Assembly (NCBI GenBank): GCA_020348385.1
Contig: CP070750.1
Coordinates: 4,264,520-4,328,519 of the forward strand
DNA from: Candidatus Aminicenantes bacterium
Lineage (GTDB): Bacteria; Acidobacteriota; Aminicenantia; Aminicenantales; Aminicenantaceae
Direction: 5' to 3'
Length of the DNA: 64,000 nucleotides
Shown here: positions 10,339 to 19,165 of the stretch, in pieces
Layout: every line of letters starts with the position of its first letter
Position numbering within the stretch: position 1 is the stretch's first letter
Notes under the pieces: generated by a model
What the model saw: only the letters and a program-made list of their open reading frames with translations
Database searches by the model: none
Told to the model about the DNA's origin: nothing
Position numbers and translations under genes: made by a program

Positions 10339-11039
10339 CAGATCACATAGCTTTCCAGATTCCCATTCTGGAGTTTGAACGCCTTTTCCATCAGCCGGGC
10401 AAAATCGAAGGAATGGGTCACGGTTATAAAGGCGGTCCCTTCCTCTTTATTCATTCCGACCAAAAGTCGACCGAGATTTTCAGAAGAGTCCTTGTCGAGC
10501 GAACCTGTCGGTTCATCTGCCAGGACCAGCTTGGGCTTGTTTATCAAGGCCCTGACGACAGCCACACGCTGCATCTCTCCGCCGGACAATTGCGCCGGGA
10601 AATATTCCCTGTGATTGCCAAGGCCGACTCTATCTAACAATTTTTTTGCCCTTTCCTGAACCTCACCGTCCCTGTCCCGTTTTTTCAATCCGAGCGGAAT
10701 CGTCGGGATCAACACGTTTTCCAAAACCGTGCACTGCGGGAGCAGATGATGGAGTTGAAAAATAAAACCGATCTCTTGGTTCCGGATGCGCGAGAGTTCG
10801 GTATCATCACATTCAGCAAGATTTTTCCCGAAAAGCGACACCACTCCGGAGCTGGGTTTATCAAGGGCTCCCATGATGTTCAACAGAGTGCTTTTCCCAG
10901 ATCCCGATGGTCCCACGATGGCTATGGATTCACCCGAGCTGACCTGCATCGAAATGTCTTTCAGCACGGTCGTGTAGCCCTGGCCAGACGGAATATCGTA
11001 TTTTTTGGCAATATTTTTTAGTTCAAGTAACATCTTCAT
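10338..11039 (-). CDS. ABC transporter ATP-binding protein (MacB/LolD-like)
   Basis: Walker A GPSGSGKST, signature LSGGEMQRVAVVRAL, Walker B LVLADEPTGSLD. Probable start is MKMLLELKNI at 11039; the ORF track extends it to 11240. Confidence 0.9.
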   Translation of the reverse strand: MKMLLELKNIAKKYDIPSGQGYTTVLKDISMQVSSGESIAIVGPSGSGKSTLLNIMGALDKPSSGVVSLFGKNLAECDDTELSRIRNQEIGFIFQLHHLLPQCTVLENVLIPTIPLGLKKRDRDGEVQERAKKLLDRVGLGNHREYFPAQLSGGEMQRVAVVRALINKPKLVLADEPTGSLDKDSSENLGRLLVGMNKEEGTAFITVTHSFDFARLMEKAFKLQNGNLESYVI

Positions 11040-12309
11040 AAACCCCTGCGATATTTTTTGCCATGTGATCCATGGAAAAATTCTCCAATACAACCCGCCT
11101 CCCCTGATCCCCCAGTTTTCTGATTTTATCCGGATCAGACAGGAGGGAGGCCATGGCAGAAGCGAGTTTCTCGCCTGTGTTCGGCTCATAGATAAGGCCG
11201 CCTTGGGTTTTTTCAACAAATTCTGGATAGCAGCCCACATTCGGCTGAACGACCGGAACCCCGGCCGCCAAAGCCTCCACTTGATAGGCGCCGAAGGCCT
11301 CTCCTGTGGGAACCGGGACAGAGAGCAAGGTCAATGATTTGAGAAAAGCAACCCTGCTGCTTTTGCAAAAATCATCGAATAGGATGACATCATCTTTAAA
11401 ACCGTGTTCTGCGATCTTTTTCATCTGCCCATTCAGAAAAGGCTTGTCATCGCCGGAATAACCGCCAGTCAGATGTAATTTCAGATCCCTGAATCGGTTA
11501 TCTTCTTTAAGCGCCATAAAAGCGTCAACCAGTATATCCAGTCCAAAATATTCCGACAATCGGCATAAATATCCAATGACCGGAGGATCGAACGGAAGCG
11601 TTGATTTTTCATAGCCCTCCAGATCTATCCCGCCGTGTATCACTTTAATCCGATCTCCGGGCAATTTCAGCTGCTCCTGAGTTTTATCTGCATAGTACTG
11701 GCTGGCTGAGACAAAAAAGTCCACATCAACAGCCTTTTCCGCCATCAATTTCCAGACTTTTTTTTGGTAATCTATGCCCATCAGGTCTACCCATTCGTTC
11801 TCATCCTGGAGAGAACACACCACGCCTGCTCCCAGGTCCGCCTTGAGCCTGTGGGCCAGCCCGAGCAGCAGGGCATTCGAGAGATGAACCACATCCGGAC
11901 CAACATTGTCCCGAAGGTGTTGGATGAGATGGTCGAGTTCGGATGCCTGGCGTCCCTTTTCTCCTTCCAGCATGGAGAGGGTCATCTCTTCCAGTCCGGT
12001 GGGACGCGTAGAACCGGATTTTTTGGCTGCCAAGTGAAGCAGTGACGGAGAATCGAGAAGACGTTCAATCCATACGGGAGCGCTCCTGTAAAACGGAAGT
12101 TTTTCTTTGAGATAGATGTTGACAGCACCGTAAAACACCGGGGTGACCGCAACATCGGCAGGTGTCTCCATCCCTGAAGGAAGATACATCGGGACCTTGA
12201 TCACCTTGTGCCCGAGAGATGATAAAGATTGGAGCAATGCTGTGTCGCGAAAACAATTCTGGCAGTAGAATTGCAAACCATGACCGGGGGTTACGTAGGC
12301 AATCTTCAT
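11023..12309 (-). CDS. Glycosyltransferase family 4 (GT-B fold, group 1)
   Basis: C-terminal EAFGAYQVEALAAGVPVV...E motif typical of the GT4 EX7E. N-terminus MKIAYVTPGHG. Overlaps both neighbouring genes, suggesting translational coupling. Confidence 0.75.
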   Translation of the reverse strand: MKIAYVTPGHGLQFYCQNCFRDTALLQSLSSLGHKVIKVPMYLPSGMETPADVAVTPVFYGAVNIYLKEKLPFYRSAPVWIERLLDSPSLLHLAAKKSGSTRPTGLEEMTLSMLEGEKGRQASELDHLIQHLRDNVGPDVVHLSNALLLGLAHRLKADLGAGVVCSLQDENEWVDLMGIDYQKKVWKLMAEKAVDVDFFVSASQYYADKTQEQLKLPGDRIKVIHGGIDLEGYEKSTLPFDPPVIGYLCRLSEYFGLDILVDAFMALKEDNRFRDLKLHLTGGYSGDDKPFLNGQMKKIAEHGFKDDVILFDDFCKSSRVAFLKSLTLLSVPVPTGEAFGAYQVEALAAGVPVVQPNVGCYPEFVEKTQGGLIYEPNTGEKLASAMASLLSDPDKIRKLGDQGRRVVLENFSMDHMAKNIAGVYEDVT

Positions 12310-13466
12310 GTTTTTTCTCCAAAGGCATAAATCCGTCCGTCATCGGAACCGATAACGACAAATCCCGAGTCCACAGCAGGACAGCTGAAAAGGGGGGCTC
12401 CTATCTCGTATGACCAGAGTTCTTTGCCGCTGTTTAAATCCACGATATACAATCTTCCATCCAACGACCCTACAACAACCTTTTCTCCGGCAATGACAGG
12501 CGAACTGTCGATATCATCTCGGGTTTGGAAGATCCAAATCTTTTCGCCTGTTTTGCGGTCCACACAGTGCAGAGAATCATTCCGCGACCCGATTAGAACA
12601 CGATCTTTTCCCACGGCAGGGGAAGAAAAAAAGGCATCGGGATTTTCCTTGTCAAAGTACTCCCAGTTTATCTTTTTTTCCTTCCTATCGATACAAACCA
12701 GTTTGCTGTCATAATGACCGAGATAGGCTTTGTCTCCTGCCAAGGCAGCCGAACCGGGAATGTAAGAACCGGCCCATACTTCGCCGATTTTTCTCCCATC
12801 CAAAACAGACAATATGTGTAGCAATTCGTCACAACCACCGAATAGGACATGTTCACCGTCGGTGGACGGCGCCCCATTGATATAGTTATCGGTTTCATAC
12901 GACCAATTCAGTTCTCCCGTTTCTGCATCGAAGCAGTACAGCCGATTGTCATAGCTACCGACCATAACCCAAGTTCTTTGATTTTGCGGATTTATCACCC
13001 AGTTGGCTGAACCATAAATGGAATTATCACATTTGTATTCCCATCGGACCTGTCCTGTGTTTGCATCCAAACAATAAAACTCTCCGCTCAAATTTCCCAC
13101 ATAAACAGCTTCATTCAACAGGAGAGGGGAGGCTTCGATATCATCCTTGGTATCGAACTCCCAGACTTTTTCCCCATCCGACAGGTTTAGCGCATACACT
13201 TTTCCATCGGATGAACCGCTGTAGACACGTCCCAATCCCATCACGGGGGATCCGATTATCCAGGAATCGGTCTGGAAGGACCACAGCAAACCCAGCTTTT
13301 CGGGAAGCCCATTTTTGGCTACTCCTGACAAGGCGGGATCCCCGCGAAATATGGGCCAACTCACATCTGTGATATCCACCGCTTCCTCTTGGGCTTCTTC
13401 TTTTGCACAGGAGAGGAAAAGAATGGGCAGGATCAGCAGTAAAGCCATAAATTTTCGTTTTCGCAT
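12306..13466 (-). CDS. PQQ-like beta-propeller repeat lipoprotein (paralog)
   Basis: Probable start is MRKRKFMALLLILPILFLSC (lipobox) at 13466; the ORF track gives a long upstream extension. WPIFRGDP motif and repeated blades. Confidence 0.8.
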   Translation of the reverse strand: MRKRKFMALLLILPILFLSCAKEEAQEEAVDITDVSWPIFRGDPALSGVAKNGLPEKLGLLWSFQTDSWIIGSPVMGLGRVYSGSSDGKVYALNLSDGEKVWEFDTKDDIEASPLLLNEAVYVGNLSGEFYCLDANTGQVRWEYKCDNSIYGSANWVINPQNQRTWVMVGSYDNRLYCFDAETGELNWSYETDNYINGAPSTDGEHVLFGGCDELLHILSVLDGRKIGEVWAGSYIPGSAALAGDKAYLGHYDSKLVCIDRKEKKINWEYFDKENPDAFFSSPAVGKDRVLIGSRNDSLHCVDRKTGEKIWIFQTRDDIDSSPVIAGEKVVVGSLDGRLYIVDLNSGKELWSYEIGAPLFSCPAVDSGFVVIGSDDGRIYAFGEKT

Positions 13467-13476
13467 GATAAATTCC

Positions 13477-15081
13477 TCAGCGACCGATATCCTCTCTTGT
13501 CTCCCGATCTCTCCAGGAAAGAGCACCCGTCGGACAGGCCGAGACACATGCGGCGGCTGCTTTTTCCAATCCTTGGTTGAGCGGCACACCCAATGACGGT
13601 TGGACGCGAACATCGAATCCGCGGTTAACAAAAACCAGCCCGAATTTTTCACCTGCTTTTTTCGTGATTTGCACGCATAATCCGCACTTGATACATTTCC
13701 CGGACTCATAAACGACCTTGTCATGCTGGATGTTTTTCTGGAATTTTTTCCTTTCCACGAAGGTGAAACGGCGCTGGCTGGCCTTGTATTCTTCGGCATA
13801 TTGCCGCAATTTGCATGTATCGGGTTTGCGGCAATCACAGCCGAAACAGCGCCTGGATTCGCTGACTGCTTCAGAATCTGTGTAGCCTTGGTTATTAAAA
13901 TTGGCGGGAACAATCCTCTCCTGCTCTGTCGCTTCCTTCAGGAATTCACCCGCTTCATCCTCCCGTGTTTTTCCCAGGATGGATTGAAATCTGGCAAAAG
14001 ATGCTGTAACCTCCTCGCCTTTTAAGAACTGGTTCACAGAAAACGCCAAATTTTTACCATGCGCCACGGCTCGGATGGCCATTTGCGATTCCGAAGCAGA
14101 AATCGCATTCCCACCGGCAAAATATCCCGGCACACTTGTTTGATAGGTCTTTCTGTCAATCATGATACCGCGGCGGGTAAGCTCGATGCCCGAAGATTCA
14201 AATAGATCGGGATCTGTTTTGCCGACAGCCAAGACAACCGCGTCATAAGCATTTTTCAGATCGTCCCAATTTAAATCCGTACCCAGAGATCGCTCCATTA
14301 AAAAGGCAGCCCCCATTTCAGCGATGCGATCGATTTCCTGATCCAGGACAGCCTTGGGCAAATTTTCATCGGAAACGCCATAACGGAGCATCCCACCCGG
14401 CTGCCGATTTTTGTCAAACACATCACAGGTATGCCCGAATTGGAGAATATAATAAGCGGTAGACAGGCCTGTGGGTCCGGCCCCGATGATGGCCACTTTT
14501 TTCCCTGTATTCAGAGTCATAATCGGTCGATAGGGAGACTTCTGCTCCAGATCGATATCCGCCACGTGCCTTTTCAGCAAACAGATCGATACAGGATCGT
14601 CATAAGAACCCCGGTGACAACCTTTTTCACAAGGAGCCGGGCAGATTCGACCCAAAACCGCAGGAAGGGCGATTTCTTTTTTTATGGTCTGGATCGCCTC
14701 CTCCAGCTGCCCTTCCCTGATTTGCCTTATCATAAGCGGGATGTTCATGTGGGCAGGGCAGGCACGTTGGCAGGGAGCATCACAATCGCCCACATGCTCA
14801 CTCAACAAAAAGTCCAAAGCATCCTTCCGTGCTTCCCGCACCAACTCATTTCCGGTCTCAATCCGCATTCCCTCGGAAACGACTGCCGAACATGCTGGAA
14901 GCAATTGTTCTGTGTTGGCTTCGTACACGACACAAATCATACAAGAGGTGAACCGTTCAAAACCATTCAAATAACACAGTGTGGGAATGTTTATATTCAG
15001 CTTTTTGGCCGCGTCCAGGATTGAGCCATCCACCGGAATGGCGATTTCCTGTCCGTCGATAGTTAATTTTACGTTTTTCAT
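13477..15081 (-). CDS. Iron-sulfur flavoprotein: NuoG-N-terminal-like [2Fe-2S]/[4Fe-4S] ferredoxin domain fused to a GltD/NfnB-like FAD/NAD(P)H oxidoreductase (StnA-like)
   Basis: Probable start is MKNVKLTIDGQEIAIPVDG at 15081, overlapping the upstream stop by ATGA. Cys motifs CDAPCQRACP and CPAPCEKGC. Dinucleotide-binding motif VAIIGAGPTGL. C-terminal CxxCxxC...CP clusters. Confidence 0.75.
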   Translation of the reverse strand: MKNVKLTIDGQEIAIPVDGSILDAAKKLNINIPTLCYLNGFERFTSCMICVVYEANTEQLLPACSAVVSEGMRIETGNELVREARKDALDFLLSEHVGDCDAPCQRACPAHMNIPLMIRQIREGQLEEAIQTIKKEIALPAVLGRICPAPCEKGCHRGSYDDPVSICLLKRHVADIDLEQKSPYRPIMTLNTGKKVAIIGAGPTGLSTAYYILQFGHTCDVFDKNRQPGGMLRYGVSDENLPKAVLDQEIDRIAEMGAAFLMERSLGTDLNWDDLKNAYDAVVLAVGKTDPDLFESSGIELTRRGIMIDRKTYQTSVPGYFAGGNAISASESQMAIRAVAHGKNLAFSVNQFLKGEEVTASFARFQSILGKTREDEAGEFLKEATEQERIVPANFNNQGYTDSEAVSESRRCFGCDCRKPDTCKLRQYAEEYKASQRRFTFVERKKFQKNIQHDKVVYESGKCIKCGLCVQITKKAGEKFGLVFVNRGFDVRVQPSLGVPLNQGLEKAAAACVSACPTGALSWRDRETREDIGR

Positions 15082-17438
15082 CTGATGTCCACCGATTCTG
15101 TCGGGCACACCTGCTTGCATGTCCCGCATTTGACACACTTCGTCTGATCGATTAAGTGCCGTTGGTAGGGGACTATGGCGATCGCACCGGCCGGACACTT
15201 TTGGGCACAAACGGTACAACCTATGCAGGTTTCATCGATCGTATACGTGATCAGCTCTTTGCATCGCTTGGCAGGGCAGATTCCTTTTAAATGAGCCTCG
15301 TATTCTTCCTTAAAGTAAGCCAGGGTTGTCAGGACGGGATTTGGGGCGGTTTTCCCCAGTCCACACAGACTGCCTCGTTTGGTTTTCTGGGCAATTTCTT
15401 CCAGCTTGTCAAGGTCTTCCTGTTTTCCTTTTCCGGCACACAGATCCTCCAGAATCTGCAGCATGTGCCGTGTGCCTATCCGACAAAAGGTGCATTTCCC
15501 GCAGGATTGGTTTTGCGTGAACGATAAAAAATACCGGGCGATGTCCACCATGCAGTCGGAATCATCCATCACCAACAAGCCACCCGAACCCATCATGGCA
15601 CCCGCATTGGTCAGGTCTTCGTAATCGACTCTGGTGTGGGCCATTTCGGCAGGAATGCAGCCGCCGGACGGCCCTCCGATTTGGACAGCCTTGAACGGTT
15701 TATCATTTTCGATGCCACCACCGATGTCCTGGACGATCTCTTGTATCGTGATGCCCATCGGAACCTCGATAAGCCCACCACGGGCAATTTTCCCCGCCAA
15801 GGAAAAAACTTTGGTTCCCTTGCTTTGGATTGTTCCCATCCGGGCAAATGCGTCCGCCCCATTCCGGATGATCCAGGGTACCGTGGCAAACGTCTCACAA
15901 TTGCTGACCAAGGTGGAATGGCCCCAGAGTCCTTTTTGGGCCGGATAGGGAGGCCTGAAACGGGGGTTCCCCCGTTTTCCTTCCAGGGAAGCAATCAGGG
16001 CCGTTTCTTCCCCGCAGACAAAGGCACCGGCTCCCTCAAGGATGTGCAACTCAAGCGAATATCCTCCCCCCATGATATTTTCCCTCAAAAGCCCGCATTC
16101 CCTGCATTGCCTCAGCGCATCTTTCACCCGCTGGACGGCGAGGGGATACTCCGCACGAATGTAAAAATATCCCTCACAGGCTCCCACCGTGTAGGCCGAA
16201 ATGATCATGCCCTCGATGACCCGAAACGGGTAGGATTCCAGGATCATCCTGTCCATGAATGCACCCGGGTCCCCTTCATCTCCGTTGCAGATGATGTATT
16301 TCGTATCATCTTGGGATTGCTGGACCACTTCCCACTTCTGCCCCGAGGAGAAACCAGCGCCTCCCCTTCCTCGCAGTCCGCTCGATTTGATTTGGCCGAG
16401 CACTGCTCCTGGAGAAGATTTGGTTAGACATAGTTCTAAGGCTTCAAATCCTCCTTTGGAGCGGTATTCTTCGAGATCGAGGGGATCGATCTGGCCGGAA
16501 TGTTCTGTGGCGATGTGTTTCTGTCTACCCAAAAAAGCTTGGATACTCGGATCCCGCATATGAAGGGGGTGGCGTGTAAATCCGTTGGCACGTGGGTCCT
16601 CGAGAATATTTTCAATAAATTGATATGCCGCAATTTTGATACGCTGGCTCAAGGATTTTGGTTTATAGTGTTTAAGAAGGATGTCCCGTACATCTTCCGG
16701 CTTTACGCTGTCATACAAAACAGGATCTTTTTCTGGAATATTCACTTCCAGAAGCGGTGTCCGGTGGCACATCCCCACACACCCGACCCTCTTGACCTGG
16801 GTGCTAATCCCCGTTTGTGCCAGTGACTTTTCCAGAGCCTGCTGCACACGTTGGCTTCCGCTGGCCACACAGCAGGAGCCCAACCCGATCTTGATTTCCC
16901 CAACTTTTTCAGTAGGGATTTTTAGATCACGAGCAGATTCCTCACTTCCGGCCGAGTGCCGAAGAAAATCCTGGATAATAGGGGCAACGCCATCTGTTTT
17001 CACATGTCCGTATGTCACATTGTCGATTTGAACGACTGGGGCGATGGTGCAGCAGCCAAGACATGCGATTTTTTGAACGGTGAATAAAAAATCTGGGTCT
17101 GTGTCTTGGCCATGTTCGATGTGCAGCTCGCGACAGAAAGCATCGTACACAAGCTCAGATCCTTTGACATGGCAAGCCGTGCCCGTACAAATCCGGATAA
17201 TGTGTTTCCCGATCGGGGTGTGCCGGAACTGAGAAAAAAAGGTCGACACACCTGTTATCGCGGCGGGTGTTATCTCGGTGACTTCACACACCCTCCGGAG
17301 GGCCTCCTCTGGAAGATAGTTATATTTTTTCTGAATGGCATGCAGGATCGGGATGACATCACCGGGTTTTGTGCCGATTTTTTCGACTACATTCTCGACA
17401 AAAGAAAGGATGCTGTCCGTCTCCGTCTCTTGTTTCAT
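15078..17438 (-). CDS. Fused NuoE-like (thioredoxin-like 2Fe-2S) and NuoF-like (FMN/NADH, 4Fe-4S) flavoprotein with C-terminal 2x[4Fe-4S] ferredoxin (HydB/HndC/StnB-like)
   Basis: NuoE-like Cys pattern ICTGTACHVKG...CLGCC. NuoF-like GAGAFVCGEETALIASLEG and glycine-rich FMN/NADH motifs. C-terminal CIGCTVCAQKCP...CVKCGTCKQVCP. Confidence 0.85.
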   Translation of the reverse strand: MKQETETDSILSFVENVVEKIGTKPGDVIPILHAIQKKYNYLPEEALRRVCEVTEITPAAITGVSTFFSQFRHTPIGKHIIRICTGTACHVKGSELVYDAFCRELHIEHGQDTDPDFLFTVQKIACLGCCTIAPVVQIDNVTYGHVKTDGVAPIIQDFLRHSAGSEESARDLKIPTEKVGEIKIGLGSCCVASGSQRVQQALEKSLAQTGISTQVKRVGCVGMCHRTPLLEVNIPEKDPVLYDSVKPEDVRDILLKHYKPKSLSQRIKIAAYQFIENILEDPRANGFTRHPLHMRDPSIQAFLGRQKHIATEHSGQIDPLDLEEYRSKGGFEALELCLTKSSPGAVLGQIKSSGLRGRGGAGFSSGQKWEVVQQSQDDTKYIICNGDEGDPGAFMDRMILESYPFRVIEGMIISAYTVGACEGYFYIRAEYPLAVQRVKDALRQCRECGLLRENIMGGGYSLELHILEGAGAFVCGEETALIASLEGKRGNPRFRPPYPAQKGLWGHSTLVSNCETFATVPWIIRNGADAFARMGTIQSKGTKVFSLAGKIARGGLIEVPMGITIQEIVQDIGGGIENDKPFKAVQIGGPSGGCIPAEMAHTRVDYEDLTNAGAMMGSGGLLVMDDSDCMVDIARYFLSFTQNQSCGKCTFCRIGTRHMLQILEDLCAGKGKQEDLDKLEEIAQKTKRGSLCGLGKTAPNPVLTTLAYFKEEYEAHLKGICPAKRCKELITYTIDETCIGCTVCAQKCPAGAIAIVPYQRHLIDQTKCVKCGTCKQVCPTESVDIR

Positions 17439-17445
17439 GATCGTC

Positions 17446-19161
17446 CTATTTCCCTATGCAGTACAAATTTTTTGTTCCCCGGATGTATATCCGATTATGC
17501 ATGAAGGCAGGGATGCTCACCGCCGTTTCACCCAGTTCGTTCCGGCTTATCAGTTCGTATTTCTTATCCGCTTTAAAAATATACATAGTCCCCGACATAT
17601 CCATCAGATACACCAAGTCTCCGACAAGGATGGGAGAGGAATAGAATCCCTCATCGAACTCCTCGATCCACATCCTCTCTCCGGTCTTGTTGTCAAAACA
17701 TGTCACAGTGCCATAACTGGCAGCCATGAATAATAAGTTTTTGGAAGCCAGAGGACTGGATACTTCAGATAGATCGTCGATGTATTCCCACACCAGCTCC
17801 ACGCTCTCTCCTAATTTTATGCCAGCTAGGCGGGCATAGTCGTTGACCGCAAACACCATGCCGTCGGCATAGGCGGGAGAGGGGGCGATTTCCCCCAGCA
17901 TGCATTTCACCCGCCACAACTCCTGCCCTGTTCGGGGATCGTGAGACATCACGAACGGGTTGGAATTGAGGATGATCTCCTCTCTTTTTCCCGTGTTTAC
18001 CAAAATGGGCGATGCCCACGAAATCTCCACTTCCCTCGGTTGATCATATACGATATCCCCTGATTGGGCTCTCAAGGCGAGCAAACGCCCTCCCGTGTTC
18101 TGGTCGTACTGGACCAGCAGCAGATCTTGATAGGTGATCAACGACGACGAGTGCCCGTAATGATTTTCCGGCACGCCTAGGTTTTTGGCCCAGATGCGAT
18201 TCCCCTCTAAATCGAGACAAGCCATATCTCCCGTGGCAAAAAGAGCAAAAATTCGGGTACCATCGGTTGTCATCGTGGGGGCGGCAAAACCTGTATCCTC
18301 GGTAACCTGGGGGCGTCTTTCGGGAGAGCCTGGAATGTCATTCAATTCCATCTGCCAGAGAATCTCTCCCGAGTCGGCATCGATGCAGTACACAACTTGT
18401 GTCCTTCTGTCCGCACCCGAGAGGAAAATCTTTTTTTCCCATATGATCGGGGAATTATAACCGGGATGAGGAATCGGAATTTTCCAAAGGATGTTCAAAC
18501 CTGAGGGGCCGTCCCATTCGGTAGGTACATCCGTATGATAGGCCCAACCAATTCCCTCCGGGCCGCGGAAACCGGGCCAGTTATTCCTTATTTCCTGAAT
18601 GCTGGTATAGTCTGGAACACCCTGTCTTTTTCCCGGTTGAAAAATGCCTATCTTTTTAAGCTCAGTCTGGGATATCACCCCGAAAACCAAGGCCAGCAGC
18701 ACTATTCCCAGTCCACCGTAAAGGATATATTTTCGGGATAAAAGCCTATTCTCCCGAGTCTTTTCCGGGTCGGGACTTTTGGTTAAATCGGGCAACCTGG
18801 GTTCGAGCGAACTCATGTATTTCAGAGCCAGAAGACAAACGAGCACAAACGCGAACAGAAGGTAACTCCCTGTTCGGATCTGCCATTGATGGGTGAAATA
18901 CGCTTTTCTGGCCAGCAAATCGAGAGCCCGGATCTGCTCTATCAAAACCGTGTCTTCCGGATTCTCTCGGAGCTTTGTCATCAGTTGAGAAATGGCCTGG
19001 CTGTTGAGCGGATCAACCGACTTCGTCTGGATGTAATTGGCGATCATCAGAATACTGAGAATTCCCGCCAACACAGCGCAGACAACGGCGATCCTTTTGG
19101 CGATTTTGTACCAAAGCTCTGTCCTGTTTTTTCTGTTATTTTCGATAGGTTGTTTTTCCAT
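17446..19161 (-). CDS. Membrane-anchored PQQ-like beta-propeller repeat protein (paralog with ~190-aa N-terminal region containing TM segments)
   Basis: Hydrophobic segments IAVVCAVLAGILSILMIANYI, LLFAFVLVCLLAL and ILYGGLGIVLLALVFGVI precede a WPGFRGP motif and the propeller blades. Start is most likely MEKQPIENN at 19161, giving a 4-nt gap to the upstream stop; the alternative at 19194 would overlap. Confidence 0.75.
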   Translation of the reverse strand: MEKQPIENNRKNRTELWYKIAKRIAVVCAVLAGILSILMIANYIQTKSVDPLNSQAISQLMTKLRENPEDTVLIEQIRALDLLARKAYFTHQWQIRTGSYLLFAFVLVCLLALKYMSSLEPRLPDLTKSPDPEKTRENRLLSRKYILYGGLGIVLLALVFGVISQTELKKIGIFQPGKRQGVPDYTSIQEIRNNWPGFRGPEGIGWAYHTDVPTEWDGPSGLNILWKIPIPHPGYNSPIIWEKKIFLSGADRRTQVVYCIDADSGEILWQMELNDIPGSPERRPQVTEDTGFAAPTMTTDGTRIFALFATGDMACLDLEGNRIWAKNLGVPENHYGHSSSLITYQDLLLVQYDQNTGGRLLALRAQSGDIVYDQPREVEISWASPILVNTGKREEIILNSNPFVMSHDPRTGQELWRVKCMLGEIAPSPAYADGMVFAVNDYARLAGIKLGESVELVWEYIDDLSEVSSPLASKNLLFMAASYGTVTCFDNKTGERMWIEEFDEGFYSSPILVGDLVYLMDMSGTMYIFKADKKYELISRNELGETAVSIPAFMHNRIYIRGTKNLYCIGK

Positions 19162-19165
19162 GATA

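Noticed and set aside
12306-13913. Long N-terminal extensions of propeller ORFs in the ORF track (for example 13467..13913 and 5583..5714)
   Set aside because: The extensions overlap upstream genes. They precede clear signal peptides or lipoboxes that follow internal Met codons with RBS-like sequences, so the shorter starts were used.
15636-16427. 263-aa ORF on the + strand
   Set aside because: It lies entirely antisense within the NuoE-NuoF-like gene 15078..17438. It has no motifs and a Pro/Arg/Gly-rich composition typical of reverse-frame artefacts in GC-biased coding DNA.
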